Assembly (NCBI GenBank): GCA_965235115.1
Contig: OZ249436.1
Coordinates: 22,694,001 to 22,758,000, forward strand
Direction: 5' to 3'
Length of the DNA stretch: 64,000 nucleotides
Source: Laetmonice hystrix
Taxonomy: Eukaryota
Below the pieces are notes generated by a model. That model saw nothing but the letters and a program-made list of their open reading frames with translations. It made no database searches and was not told where the DNA came from. Positions 49,607-62,029 of the stretch are shown here, in pieces; the first letter of the stretch is position 1, and every line of letters starts with the position of its first letter. Made by a program: the position numbers and the translations under genes.

Positions 49607-50795
49607 AGCTAACTTTAGCCTACTAGTAGTACTAGGCCTACTGTGCTAGGCCTACTAGTAGTAGACTCTATGACCTAATATTAGCCCTTTTATACTGTAA
49701 TTGTGTAAACCGAAGTGAAGCGAAGCGTTGTGAACCGTCCAGCAGAATCCACACCATGCAGAATCAGAATCATGAGAATGCGCATCAATGCACATTCCCC
49801 AATAATCGATTCTGTTCACACTACATACAGTAGACTTTTTTCAGGATTTTCAGCAGGGGGGTCCCAGATTTTTTTTTTCAATTAGAAGCTCTGAAACGCG
49901 ATTCCCGCCATTTAGGGGCCATTTTAGGGCATTATATTTTGTAGATTCATCGATCAACAGGTTCAAAACGGCGGAAATGTTTAGAAAAAATCGCTGAACG
50001 GGTGCTCTTTGGGAGCAGGGGGTGGGGGGTCCGGACCCCCTGGACCCCCCCCCCCCTCTGGACACGCGCCTGACTGTATTCTAGAATTTGGTAGAGGATG
50101 CGAATTCTAGAATGCGCTTCGGATGCACATTGAATGCGCTTCGATTGTGGGTGTAGTGTCTATGTGCGAATTCTAGAATGCGCATCAATGGGCATCAGTG
50201 CACATTCTCGGCTGTAGTCTGAATGGGGTATAATACTAATTAGCCCTTTTACACTGTAATTAACCGAAGTGAAGCAAAGCGAATCGTTGCAAACAGTCCT
50301 GCAGAATCCACACCATTCACACTAGCACAGACGGATTTTTTTGCCTAGTATAGCGGAAGCCCTGCCTCCGTACTTTGGGTAACTTTGCAGGGTGCAATGC
50401 CGGTAAACCAAACATTAAAAAAAGTGTGGCCTGAGGCCTATTCAAGTATATGACATGGCTAATCTATGAAAATATGAATAGCTCTGAGTCCTAACATTAT
50501 CTAGATCTACTTTACATGTATTCTACTAGAGTCTAGCATGGTGGTTGAATCTTACTTAGGTCTTAGCCTCTTAGGCGGTTGGGGGGGGGGTTACATGGTT
50601 AAAAAAAATCTATTCAACAAACACAGGAAAAAAATAGTTTGGTCATCAAACTACATAAAAAAAATAGTTTATTCCATATATATGTAAACTAAAACAATAC
50701 ATGGGGGGGCAAACAGGGGCATACAGGGGCCCAAAAAAAAGTTGGATGAATAAAAACCATAGCGACCCCCCCCCCCCGATATCAAATGGTCCGCC

Positions 50796-51620
50796 TTTTT
50801 TTTTTTTTTTTTTTTTGAGTACTTTATTTATCCAGGTAATAATGTTCAGCTACTGCTGGCTGATCTTCCACATACACCTGCTTGTATAGCTTCAATATGT
50901 ATACTTCACAAAAACATAAACATAAAAAATAAAGTTACATCAAGACTTATTTGTACATATAGTCATGCTACAACGCATAACAAAAATACACACTTACAAC
51001 ATTGATACCAACACACGACAAACAGGACAAGGACTATACAACATCTGCTGGAGAGGAACATAGCTATTGAGATAATAAGGCGATAAATGAGGTCGCACAC
51101 AAATGTGCTGAAGTAACTTTACGTAGGTACAGGTTCTGGTATCATTTGATTAAGCCAGTCCTTTTGTTTCCTTTTAAATAATTGCAGGGTTTTAATGTTC
51201 CTAAGGTGTGGTTCAAGGTCATTCCATGCAACCGCACCCATGAAACTTATGCTCTTTTTAAAGGTTTCAGAGCTAGGTCTGGTGACAGCAAGTATTGTGC
51301 CAGTGTGATATCTTGTATTAATGAGCCTTGTATCTCTATAAGTCGGGTCGTCTTTACGTCTGAGGGCCATGGGAGGCATTTCACTGACGTTAATTTCACC
51401 AATATCGCCAATATAGGCTGGGCTTCCACTAGCCATTCTCCACGTTTGTATTGGCGAAAACACTGGCAAAGTGGCGAAATAGAATATAACAAAACACACC
51501 ACGTTTGCTGGCAAAGTTTAAAATCTGGAGATGGAGGAAAGTCATGTGATCTATTTCTGAAACGTACACACCTGCCCAAGATTTCCTTTACTCGTTTGAA
51601 GTTCAAGGTGTCACCAGAAG
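50796..51620 (-). mobile_element. 5'-truncated CR1/L2-clade LINE 3' end with poly(A) tail
   Basis: ...FKKSISFMGAVAWNDLEPHLRNIKTLQLFKRKQKDWL (typical ORF2 C-terminus), 3' UTR, AATAAA and a ~21-nt A tail on the minus strand. Confidence 0.82.
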
Positions 51621-52377
51621 TTGTATTTGCAGCGCGAGACTTTCAGTCTATATAGGGCTGGACAGTTCCCATGTCCTAGATAGGCAAATGACGTAAAATA
51701 GCCTCAAACCACTTCGCTTTGGGGACAAATAAATGTGGATCAACAGAGGCTCCGTAAATCAGGCCTGTGATTTTTTCCAGTTTTTGCCGGATTTCCGGCT
51801 TTTTTGTATAAAAAGCTAGGTTACCCCTCTGTGATTGGTGCAAATCCGTTGAGATTTTCATATGTAGGGGGTAGGGGTAAAACTTATCCAAATTGGTCAA
51901 AACTCGCCAGCAAATGGTTGGAAATCACGACAGTATTAACATTAAAAGGGCATGTACAACGGACTAGTTTAATGCATTTGCTTGGCTCTTGGGGGGTAGT
52001 CTGACCTGAAAAAATGCTAGTCCCGGGCATCGGACTACCGGATATTTCGACCCCCTTTTTTTTTTACGAGACTATCCTCTTGTTGTCCCCAGTCTCACTC
52101 GTTCCCACATATTTGCATATCTAGGACACAAAGACTGTCCAGCCCTATTAGCATATAACTTTATCTGAAAAAAGGAATGCAGGGAAAATTGTTTCATACA
52201 GGTACTATATTTGCTCAGCTCTGCCTCTAGTCTAGATAAATCTTGGTCTCTGTGCATAAATTCTGACTGACTAGTATCATTAAGAAGGGTCTATTGCTTT
52301 TTCACTTTCAGTTTTCAGAGAGTGTTGAACCCGATGAGACCAATGGAGAGCTGATAGGAATTCAGCTACGGATAATC

Positions 52378-52638
52378 ATGCTGTCATGGGAGCAAATAGA
52401 GAAGATTTACCGAGCCGTCACTGAAGGGGATGAACCGCCAGTCTCATGGCAACAGTGTTTGGATGGTATTCTGGACTATGTCAAGTCAAAAGCTCAACCC
52501 ACACAGATCAAGACACCAAGCAGAAAACAAACACGTGACCAGCTGCTCGTTGTGCTCTCCATACTTCTCAGCTGGCTCAACGACTATCCCAAAAAGTGCC
52601 TTGTGATAATACCAGTGGTGGACCTGTCTGAAATATTG
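52378..52638 (+). CDS. LINS1: Protein Lines homolog, first coding exon seen (start codon tentative)
   Basis: Acceptor candidates ttttcactttcag| (52311) or ttttcag| (52318); ATG at 52378, MLSWEQIEKIYRAV...VVDLSEIL; donor TTG|GTAAGT phase 0, matching the next exon. Confidence 0.7.
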
Positions 52639-53870
52639 GTAAGTGTTCCATGGTCATTCATGGGGGGCCTCAGTGCCAGTGGCCCAGTGGTGAAACTGCT
52701 GGATTGTGACCCAGGCGAGTGAAAAAAAACTTGCCTAGATTTCTTAGGGGCACTGCTTTCACTTATGAAGGCTGAAGTAGGCCCAGCTGGACACTTTCAA
52801 AGGAACCAATGTACTTGTACAGACTTTGTAATTTGGGTGAGAGGCCCTGTTGCAGGCATCATACAATTCCTTTATTTTAAAGGAATTTCCTTCCTTTATG
52901 GCCTTAAGGTGTACTCACAGAGCTGCCCCTGCTACCTGTTGGTAGTCATTCTTTTGTTTCGTGAGCAAGAACTCGCGCGTGCCACGCCTAATCTTCTCAA
53001 ATTATATCTCTCGACTTAATGATGATATTTTGCACACTAACTTGGAAGAAAATTTTATGAATACTGTAAAGAAAGAAATCACCAGTAGAATGCAGAAGTC
53101 TACCTGCAAAGTAAAAAGGTATTGGTTGGCTCTATTAATATTGTTCTGTGTATGACAGGGGTGTGACTACCTGCAAAGTAAAAATACAAAGGTATTTTGG
53201 TAGGGTATCACATTTAGTAGAACCTTTCCTAATGCCCCAGTCACACATTCCCATTTCTCAGGGCCATTGTGCATGATTGTTACAATCCTGGTGAAACGTG
53301 CTTGGTCAGGGCGCATACCTTACGTGAATTGGATCAGCGTTGTAAACTAAAGTCATGGAAGAGCACTGGGGAATGGGGAAGAATCCCGATTGTTTTGAAC
53401 TGTTCAAAACTGTCGTGGAGAATCGCCATTCTTGGCAGGGCGGGGTGGAAGCCTACCATAATCCTAAAGCCAACTGTATTAGTGTGGCTGATCATGGCTC
53501 AATCAGGAAAGCTTTCTGAGGGCGATTGACAATGACATAATCCGATTGTGTCTATAATCCCTATTGTGTCCCGTTCTCCCTACACATCTCGTAGGGGAAG
53601 TAAACGTGACACAAACAGAGTTGATGGGACACAAACGGGGTATGAATGCCAGGGCTGATGGGGTGGAGAACTCGTCATATTGTTGTATTGACGTAATTCA
53701 AGTGGGACCAACGCCCCCCGAAACACCATAGAAGAGTTATTGATGGTATGTGTATGGGGTGTCTCCAATGGAGATGGTCATATCCTCCCGTATGATGCCG
53801 ATTTTAAAAACCAACCTTGCCAGTCGTGCACAATCGGCCTGAGAAACAGGAATGTTTGACCTAGGGATTA

Positions 53871-54550
53871 TGCCCCAGTCATGCTAAAGCCAAATTAGGT
53901 ACGACGTGTCACGATCTGATAAATCGTGTAGAATCGGGAAAGGTCCTAACTTGGTCATAGAGTAGTCTTGATAGATCCTCATAGGTCGGGATAGGCCACA
54001 ATTGCACAATTGGCATTGGTCGGGAAAAAGCTCAAATCGGGGCTATATCATAGGTCAAAAGTTGCTCAGTCTCAGTCAGGATAGTTCATTGTTCAGTCCT
54101 GGTTGATCGTAGGACAATCGCCAGAAAATTCCCAAAGATCTAGCCCTGATCTAGACCTGACGTCATCGGGACAGGTTGTAGTTCGGTTGGGGCTCAGATG
54201 GCATAGAACATTGCTACATCGTTGGTCAATCTTGGTATAGGTCGCCATACATCGGGCCAAGATCTTGATAGGACGTAGCTCAATCTGCATAGATCGGCAG
54301 AGTACGTTGCTAAGTCGTTGCGCAGTCAGGAAGGTCAGGGCGATGTTGGGATAGAACATGATAGAACGCAGCGTAATCGTTGAGAGATCTTTGGAAACCC
54401 GATGCCCAATTGCCGTTGAACGTGACAATTCGTAGCTAGGTCTTTGGGTTGTCATGATTTCATCACAATTTATCACGACTTAAAATATATTTCAGATCTT
54501 GATAGAACAGCATAAAACGTCGTACAATCGGCTTTGGTGGGACTGGGGCT
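53871..54550. mobile_element. Degenerate Harbinger-type MITE (TSD TTA)
   Basis: tgccccagtcatgctaaagcc ... ggctttggtgggactggggct with TTA flanks; a related left end at ~53233. Confidence 0.55.
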
Positions 54551-54648
54551 TTAGGAACACCTCAGAGTTGATCACCACCCTATGCTGTTAATTCATTCTA
54601 GTTTAAGAAATACGACCACCTCGCAATTCTCTTTAACGACCACTTTAA

Positions 54649-55175
54649 AGGGAGTCGGAAAATTCATTTTTTTCGATTTATGGCAGTCTTAGAAACATAT
54701 GATTCGCATACCTTGGACTCCCAGTAACATCATGTGAGACTGTTATGGCCCAGCGACCAGTATTTAGTAGGGAAAATATGCCAAATCTCTCGCAAATACG
54801 TAGCTCAGAATTAGCGAGCGGCCCACAGGATATTTGAGTTGGCCGCGGTCGGGCGATGATGACGCGTGATCACGTGACTTCCGGGTGTGGAAGGGAATCT
54901 CCCTCTAGTCTAGTGTTGACCTAAATACCGCATGTACACCCGGAAGTCACGTGATCACGCGTCATCATCGCCCGACCGCGGCCAACTCAAATATCCTGTG
55001 GGCCGCTCGCTAATTCTGAGCTACGTATTCGTGAGAGATTTGGCATATTTTCCTTACTAAATACTGGTCGCTGGGCCATAACAGTCTCACATGATGTTAC
55101 TGGGAGTCCAAGGTATGTGAATCATATGTTTCTAAGACTGCCATAAATCGAAAAAAAGGAATTTTACGACTCCCT
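54649..55175. mobile_element. Full-length palindromic TTAA-specific MITE
   Basis: ~240-bp near-perfect inverted arms around a ~47-bp spacer; TTAA on both sides; same family as 33942-34302. Confidence 0.93.
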
Positions 55176-55811
55176 TTAAAATAAATTCACTATTATGACC
55201 ACCCACCAACGTTAGTGGAGGGCAGTGTTTTAACAGTTACATAGACAATGGGAGGTGCAATGTAATTAGTGGGCCGAGGTGTTTTGGTAAGATGGGGGGG
55301 GGCATGAGCTCTGTCAAAATCCATAGATAGGACGGGTCACCTTATAGGGTGGGGACGCCATCTTTGGTTCAGTCTTATCTGCCAGAAAATACGGTATCTT
55401 TTACCTAAACTGACCGAAAAGGTCTGTCAAAGTCTGTATATAGTTACTAAAACCCATCGTCAGGGTGTATCAAAAAAAAGGGAACCCAACTTTGATGGGC
55501 AAATATCTTGAAAACCTCAAATAACTGGCCAAAATGGGATATGGTATGAAAAAGGCCATGGAAATGCCAGTTGATTGATACCATGGTCATGAGTTCACTT
55601 GTCACAGTTTGCACAGCAACATTGCTTTTATGAAAGGTATCAGAATTGATGCCGTGACAAGTTAGAAGGCCAGGGAAAGAGCGGTTTAGGGCAATTGCGA
55701 TCATTAAAAAAGTTTAGGAAAGCCGGCCACTGAAATTCTTCGAACATTTTTCCAGGCGGTCTTTTTCGATGGTCCTGCCCGGTCAGGAAATCGTTCCTGG
55801 AAGCCCTCCTG

Positions 55812-58800
55812 GGCCCTGTTTCATAAACCACGACCAAAAAAGAACGATAATTCTTAAAAAATCGTAGCAGGAACGATAATCGTTACGATATATCGTCGGT
55901 TCCGTTTCATAAAGTGCATCGTTGAAGAAAATCAAAATCGTTACATATTTGAAAATCGTTCCTCGTCGACCCTGGGTAAGACAACCGGGAACCAGTTGAA
56001 TGAACTGAATAGTGACGTCAGGAGGGGAATTCCGGGAATACCCCCTTGACACATGCTGGTTCTGCCGTATGTACGCACGTTCGTATGTCCGTAGACAGCG
56101 ATTTCTCAGAAGCGTATGGGTCGATTTTTTTGAAACTTCACACAATGATCAGGGATGATCTGACTATGATGCACGTCAAACAGATTTTTGATATCATTCA
56201 AAATGGCCGTTTGGCGGCCATCTTGGATGTAAACACATTTTCATCAATATCTCAGCCAAAACAGTCACGATTTCTTTCAAACTGGGTCCAGGGAGGAGGC
56301 ATAATGATGGCCAATATGCATCGCAATACAATTTCAATTCAGATTCAAAATGGCGACATGGCGGCCATATTTGTTTCTTGACCCCCACAATGACACTGTT
56401 TTGGCTTATATCTCGAAAACGGTGCAAGATGACGCAATAGTTACTATTATTGATAGATAGGAAGTCATATATGAAGTTTCATTTGGCGCCATTTTCCATG
56501 ACCTTGAGCGACCTTGAAAGGTCAATCAGGGTCATGCAGATTTTCAATATCCTGGATCTTTAAAACAGTTGAAGATAACAACATAATCTTGCATGAAACA
56601 TTACATAATGATCAGGTACAGTCCAAGGTAGAGGCAGGTCAAAGATATTTTTGACATCAGTCAAAATGGCCGCGTGGTGGCCATCTTGGATATAATCACA
56701 TTTGGAGCAATAACTCAGACAAAACGATCCCGATTTCTTTCAAATTTGGTAGAAAGAAGGTGCATATGAGGGGCAATGAATATGCCAATGTATTCTCAGA
56801 TCACAGCAAATATGGCGACATGGCGGTCACAGTAATATTTTTACTCCCTATAACACTGTTTTGGCTCGTATCTCGACAACGGTGCAAGATAAGGCAATAG
56901 TTACTATTATTGACAGATAGGAAGTCATATATGAAGTTTCATTTGGCACCATTTCCCATGACCTTAAGCGACCTTGAAAGATCAATCAAGGTCATGCAGA
57001 TTTTAATGGCCTGTACCTCCAAATCAGTTGAAGATAACAAGATCTAATCTTGCATGCAACATTACATAATAACCAGGGACAGTCTAAGGAAGACACAGGT
57101 CAAACATATCATTAAAAATGGCTGCTTGGTGGCCATCTTGGATATGAAAAAAATCGAAACAATAACTCTGACATTTTCTGTCCTTCTTTCTTGGTGACAG
57201 AAGGCATGAGGGGCAACAAGCGTACACATAGTTCATGGACCCACAGATAATTAGTCCCTACTCAGTTGGTGGGCTGTGACTCTGACGGGGTCTGGTGAAA
57301 TTTACTAATATTAGTAAAAATTGAGAGAGAAAATCATGAATTTCCCTGAATTTAACTAACCTCTAAAGGTCAATCAAGGTCAAGCATATTTGCAATTGCC
57401 TGTATCTAGACAAAACACTTCACGTCGGATAACACTATCAAATTGTACATAACTGCATAGTTACTATAAGATGCGGACGAAGTACATACGAAGTTTCCTT
57501 TGGCAATATTTTCTTTGCCCTTTAAAGATCAATTGAAGTCGTGCATCGTTTCTTCAAGAATCCATAGTTCTTGGTGGGGGCTATAAGCTTCACAAGCTTG
57601 TTTATAATGGGCTGGTACGGTAAAAAAAACATAAGTAGTTGGGCGACCAAGTATTTCTGCTGAATGGAAAATACTACACCGTATAGACCTATAGTAGATA
57701 CCTAGTTAGGGCTAGTACTAAGACTTAGTGCTTGTTATCGGGTAAATAAAGGATAAAATCATGTAGGCCTACATTGTAGGCGTACATGTCTTATGTTTTG
57801 CCCTCCACAAGAAACCCCATGTCCCGGATGTTCCCAGTAAAGAACACAAAGAACACAAAGAGAAGAAATAGTCATCATCTCCCAAGATAAAGCACAAGAT
57901 GAGAGAGGCATGTAGTATGGACTCCCTCAATATCCGTCACCTCCCCTACGGCCCGGCTAATGGTGGGCTTGCTAAAGTCCTAGAGGTCGCTCAGAACTCT
58001 GTAGTTGGGCCCTGTCGCGTAGAAGCACAGCGCCAAACACATCTGCAAAATGAGGAAGGGGTTATTAACATATTTTTTGGTGAGTTAGTTTTAGGCCTAC
58101 ACAGCTGATATAGGCATCTTAATTACTTTAAGAGGAATCACCCTATTAAAGAAGTATACCTTACTTATTTCTAAGTAATACATTTGGGAAATTTTGAATA
58201 AATGTTAGGTTCTTTACACAAATTCAAGCTTTGACTATATTCATGATACTACTTGGGTGGCCGGACGTTGAGCAACACGGCGAGTCTTCATATGTTCTTG
58301 AAAGGGCGATCACTGACTCCTTGTCCAGCCGATACCGTTTCCCGAATAAGTCGCCGTCAAACCTATTAATTGGGTCTATTCGCGCGAAGAACCATCTCCT
58401 TCCCCCCTCCATAATTCACGGTTGAAGTAAAATTCCGCAAAAATTCACTTATTTCGCGCCTTTATATTATTCTACGACAACCCTCGGTGTGGTCGTGGCC
58501 AACGATTTTTTTCGAGGAAATAACGATATGTTTCACGAATACGTTACCGTAAAACCTAGTATTAATTGGGTTTATTCACGCGAAGAACACCGACGCCTCC
58601 TTCTCCTCTCCATAAATGACGGTTGTAGTAAAATTCCGCCAAAATTCACTCATTTCGTGTTTTTATATTATCCTACGACAACCCTCGGGGTGGTCGTGGC
58701 CAACGACTATTTTCGAGGAAATAACGATTGAAAAAAAGCCAAGAACGATTTTATGAAACACTTAAGCGATTTTTCATTTGGTCGTGACAAATTTATCGTT

Positions 58801-58893
58801 CTTCGACAAGAACGATCTTTTATGAAACAGAATCTATCGTACATCGACAATATGATTAAATCTAAAATGTAAGATTTTTTATGAAACAGGGCC
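55812..58893 (-). mobile_element. Harbinger transposon derivative with decayed transposase exons
   Basis: TIR ggccctgtttcataaa, TSD CTG; minus-strand RRWFFARIDPINRFDGDLFGKRYRLDKESVIAL (58412-58224 frame) and cag|MCLALCFYATGPNYRVLSDL*DFSKPTISRAVGEVT (from 58042), matching the Harbinger/HARBI1 N-terminal region; in-frame stop. Confidence 0.88.
56064..57602 (+). mobile_element. Helentron-type element copy 2 (5' end missing)
   Basis: Colinear with 25255-26656 including the 3' tgggggctataagcttcacaagcttgtt; further fragments at ~59700-59990 and, inverted, ~38500-38960. Confidence 0.82.
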
Positions 58894-59456
58894 CTGGACA
58901 GCAGCAAAGCTCTTTCTTTCATGGTAGGTTATCACCACAAAAGCCCTTTTCGTTATTTGGAGCATCTTGCTTGGCCAAAGGGGAATAAAGCACAAGGCCT
59001 CTTCCATAACTTTTTATGATGTGTAACATAGGTTATGCAATTCCAGAAATCTAAAATTAAGCTCCTGCGACAACACTGATAAGAAAGGAATTGCTGGCCT
59101 CGTGTGGCTGTGGTAACTTGTCACGGTCATGATTTTGACTGCCCTCAGTAATTCCTGATACTAAATTTCTAATCAATGTGGCATTGGAAAGGCGACATCC
59201 TGGCCTTTCTAATGGTATATTATGTTTTGTGCTATCTGTGGTCGATTTCTTTTATTTTTTGTATCTAAAGTTGGGTTTCCTTGTTTTTGATACACCCTGT
59301 ATAGTTAAATCTCTTCCTGGTTGGGGGCTGTGGCACGGACAGGGGCTTGTTCATGATTGTGTTGCAGTTTCAAAAGTAACTGGTACATGTGTATGTAATA
59401 TAATTTGATTATACTGTCAGTGACGATTTATAGATTGAGTTATGTTTTCCAATTAG

Positions 59457-59546
59457 GTTTCCTTGCTGCTGAACCATGAGGACAAGTTCGTGTGGAATCT
59501 GGCCACTAGGTGTCTTTGCAGTTGTCTCACGAAGAATCGAGGAAAG
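59457..59546 (+). CDS. LINS1: Lines homolog exon
   Basis: gttttccaattag|VSLLLNHEDKFVWNLATRCLCSCLTKNRGK|GTAGGA; 90 nt, phase 0/0; resembles the Lines N-terminal DKLLSHMAAQCL segment as recalled. Confidence 0.78.
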
Positions 59547-60724
59547 GTAGGAACTGAGTATGATATTAGGCTGCCTAGTTCTATCTGAGGCATTGGAGGT
59601 CAGTTCCACTGACCGGATTGTGAACCATGCATGCACTGTATCCTCAGTTACTAATTATACAATTTTTAGCCTGAAACCTGGGTTCAATTGTATGAAACTG
59701 TATACTATGTCTATGACCAGGGACGATCTGAGGATGATGCACGTCAAATAAATGTTTGATATTATTCAAAATGGCTGCTCAGCAGCAATATTGGATGTAA
59801 ACACATTTTGAGCAGTTTGGGGGGGGGGGTGCCCCAAAATAACACTTTTTTGGCTCATATCTCGAAAATGGTGCAACATAAGCATATTTTCATAGCATGT
59901 ATCTCCAAAACAGACTTTGAAGATAACGACATAATCTTGCGTGAAACATTATACAATCATCAGGAATAGTGGCTGAGGCAGGTCAAACAGATGCCACGAT
60001 GCCTGGCACATGGGTACGGCACTCCACCTTCGGTGTTGTGCCATATCCTTGTGCCAGGCATCGTTCCATACTTCGCGCCATAAAGAAGCCTCGTCCCGTT
60101 ATGTGTTTGTATGGCATGAAAGAAAGTCAACCATAGCAGTAACGAACTACATCATTATCGGGGTTACACATATTAGACTTACAAAGGACGCTTAGTGCAA
60201 CCCATTTATCCTACTGCTGAGGGGAGGGGGTTGGGTGTCTGTCATGTCCCTTGATAATATGACAAAATATAATTAAGCCAAGGAAAAGGTGAAAAGAGGG
60301 CCATAGGTTACCAAGATAAAAAGGGCTGTAGGCTACCCAAGAGTTTTTGGTGTCTCTAAAACCCCCAGTACGGCCCCAAGAGAGTTCTTTCGTGTTTAAG
60401 TACATGTGTACTCAGGGAACTCAAGTGGCAGTTTTGACTGTTTTTTTTACATTGTGACTTGTATGTCATGTCATGTTGTGATGTCACAGTCATGGTCAAT
60501 ATACCCAGCAAGTTTTATCCAGATATCCAAAACTGAATGTCTGAGCGTGATATTCCCCTAGATTCCCCCAGGTAGAAAATGTAAAAATAAAGCCATTCGT
60601 GCACAGAAAGATTTCTTAGCTGTAAAAAAAAATCCAACCCTGCATGATTTACATGTAAACAAAACTGGCCTCTTGATTTTTCCATCTTTGATAGGAATCA
60701 CAAAGGTTCAAACATCTTTTGCAG

Positions 60725-60935
60725 GTCACAGATGGAGACTGGTATGTCCAGGTTTTGTCTCCATGTATTTCAAGTTTGCGAACAGGCGGACCTGGAAACA
60801 TCAACTGTGTACTCGATCTGTTCCGTCTTCTTTTCTCTAAAAAAGCTCTGTCTGAGCAACTTTGGTCTGAGCCAGAAGGTACCTCTGATGTGTCGTGTGA
60901 TCAAAAGGCCAACACTGTAGGGGAATGTCTGGAAA
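60725..60935 (+). CDS. LINS1: Lines homolog exon
   Basis: catcttttgcag|VTDGDWYVQVLSPCISSL...GECLE A|GTAAGT; phase 0/1. Confidence 0.82.
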
Positions 60936-61136
60936 GTAAGTCAGTGATATTATTGTCAGCATTCTGATCAGTTTGTTACCAGGTGTTGCTTTCTTCCATT
61001 ATTAGCATTGTCAGACTAGAGTCTAAAAATCATTCCTGTTTCTTCTAAATATTTCAGCATGCTTGTAGTGGTACAACTTTCAGTTTTTTGTCTTGTCATT
61101 TTTCATTGTTTCTTTTCTGAATATGTACAAATACAG

Positions 61137-61784
61137 GAGTGCGTAGCTGGTGTTTGAGTACATTGACCCGGTTATGGCGCCCTCTCGTGGAGGATCTTAT
61201 CAAGAGGATCCCCAGCAAGGATGAATCAGAAAACCAACAACTTGACAACCTCACTCTCGTATCTCTGCTATCTCTGTGGGTGAAGCTGATCAAATATCAG
61301 CAGACTCGTGCCAATGGGGACCTCCTACCCTCCGACATGGAGAGCTTTGCTCCCCTGCAGACCACCACGCGGCACCTGCTGCATGCCATGACAAGCCAAC
61401 CACTGACAGCAGTGACTTTTGACAAGATGGCAGATGTTCTCAACCGGACCCTGCTGTATGGCTGTGGTGGCGACCAGTTTCAGTACGGCACCGGCCAGGT
61501 TTATGGAATACCAGCCGACCTGGCCGCAGATGTCCTCAGCAGTGTGCAAACGGGCCTGTTGGATAACGTACCTCACCACAGTGGTTTTGAAGGATTTGGT
61601 GGTACTGACATTATCAACATAAAAACTAGTGAAAGTTGCCAAAGTATATCAGGCATAGCTAGCCTAGGGGAAGGATCTGGGGCAGGTGGAGTGCAAGACG
61701 TCCCTAGTTTACGAAGTGTCCGCAAGGTGTCGCTAATCATACTGAAGGCCTGTGCAATCATCACGAAGTCGGCATCTTCTGCTG
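61137..61784 (+). CDS. LINS1: Lines homolog exon
   Basis: Long ORF (61139 frame) including GFEGFGG and VRKVSLIILKAC motifs typical of Lines; acceptor atacag|, donor G|GTAAGT; phase 1/1. Confidence 0.9.
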
Positions 61785-62029
61785 GTAAGTTTCACCATGT
61801 TTGTAACAAGCAAAGTCTCATAATGGCATCTTTTATCGTTATGATCACATCGTTATGCAGTTTAAATAGTTTTAAAACAGTTAAATTGAGAAGTATGTCA
61901 AAGTCACGAGAGAACACACACATAACAACTAAAAACTGTTTTAAGAACAAAATCATGAGTCTTAAGTCACCAGTCTTCATGTGTGTGCCCAGCTTACTAC
62001 TTACTGTATACATGTACGTACATTATGTA

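Larger units (their letters stand above)
55461..59299 (-). mobile_element. Tc1/mariner-like element with split DUF4817-type HTH transposase remnant
   Basis: TIR cagggtgtatcaaaaa...gaacccaacttt, TA after the right end only; removing the nested Harbinger rejoins MLQITKRAFVVITYHERKSFAAVQ|EGFQERFPDRAGPSKKTAWKNVRRIS. Confidence 0.82.

Noticed and set aside
49681..50318. ~80-bp imperfect direct repeat (49681 and 50240) as LTR or TSD
   Set aside because: Diverged, no TG...CA ends or primer-binding site; the interior is MITE debris.
52672..52722. tRNA-like A-box (tggcccagtggt) with an anticodon-arm-like segment
   Set aside because: No T-arm/B-box or acceptor stem; at most a SINE head remnant.
52765..53155. 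ORFs in a LINS1 intron as extra exons
   Set aside because: No good splice sites or Lines similarity; 52638->59457 already joins in phase.
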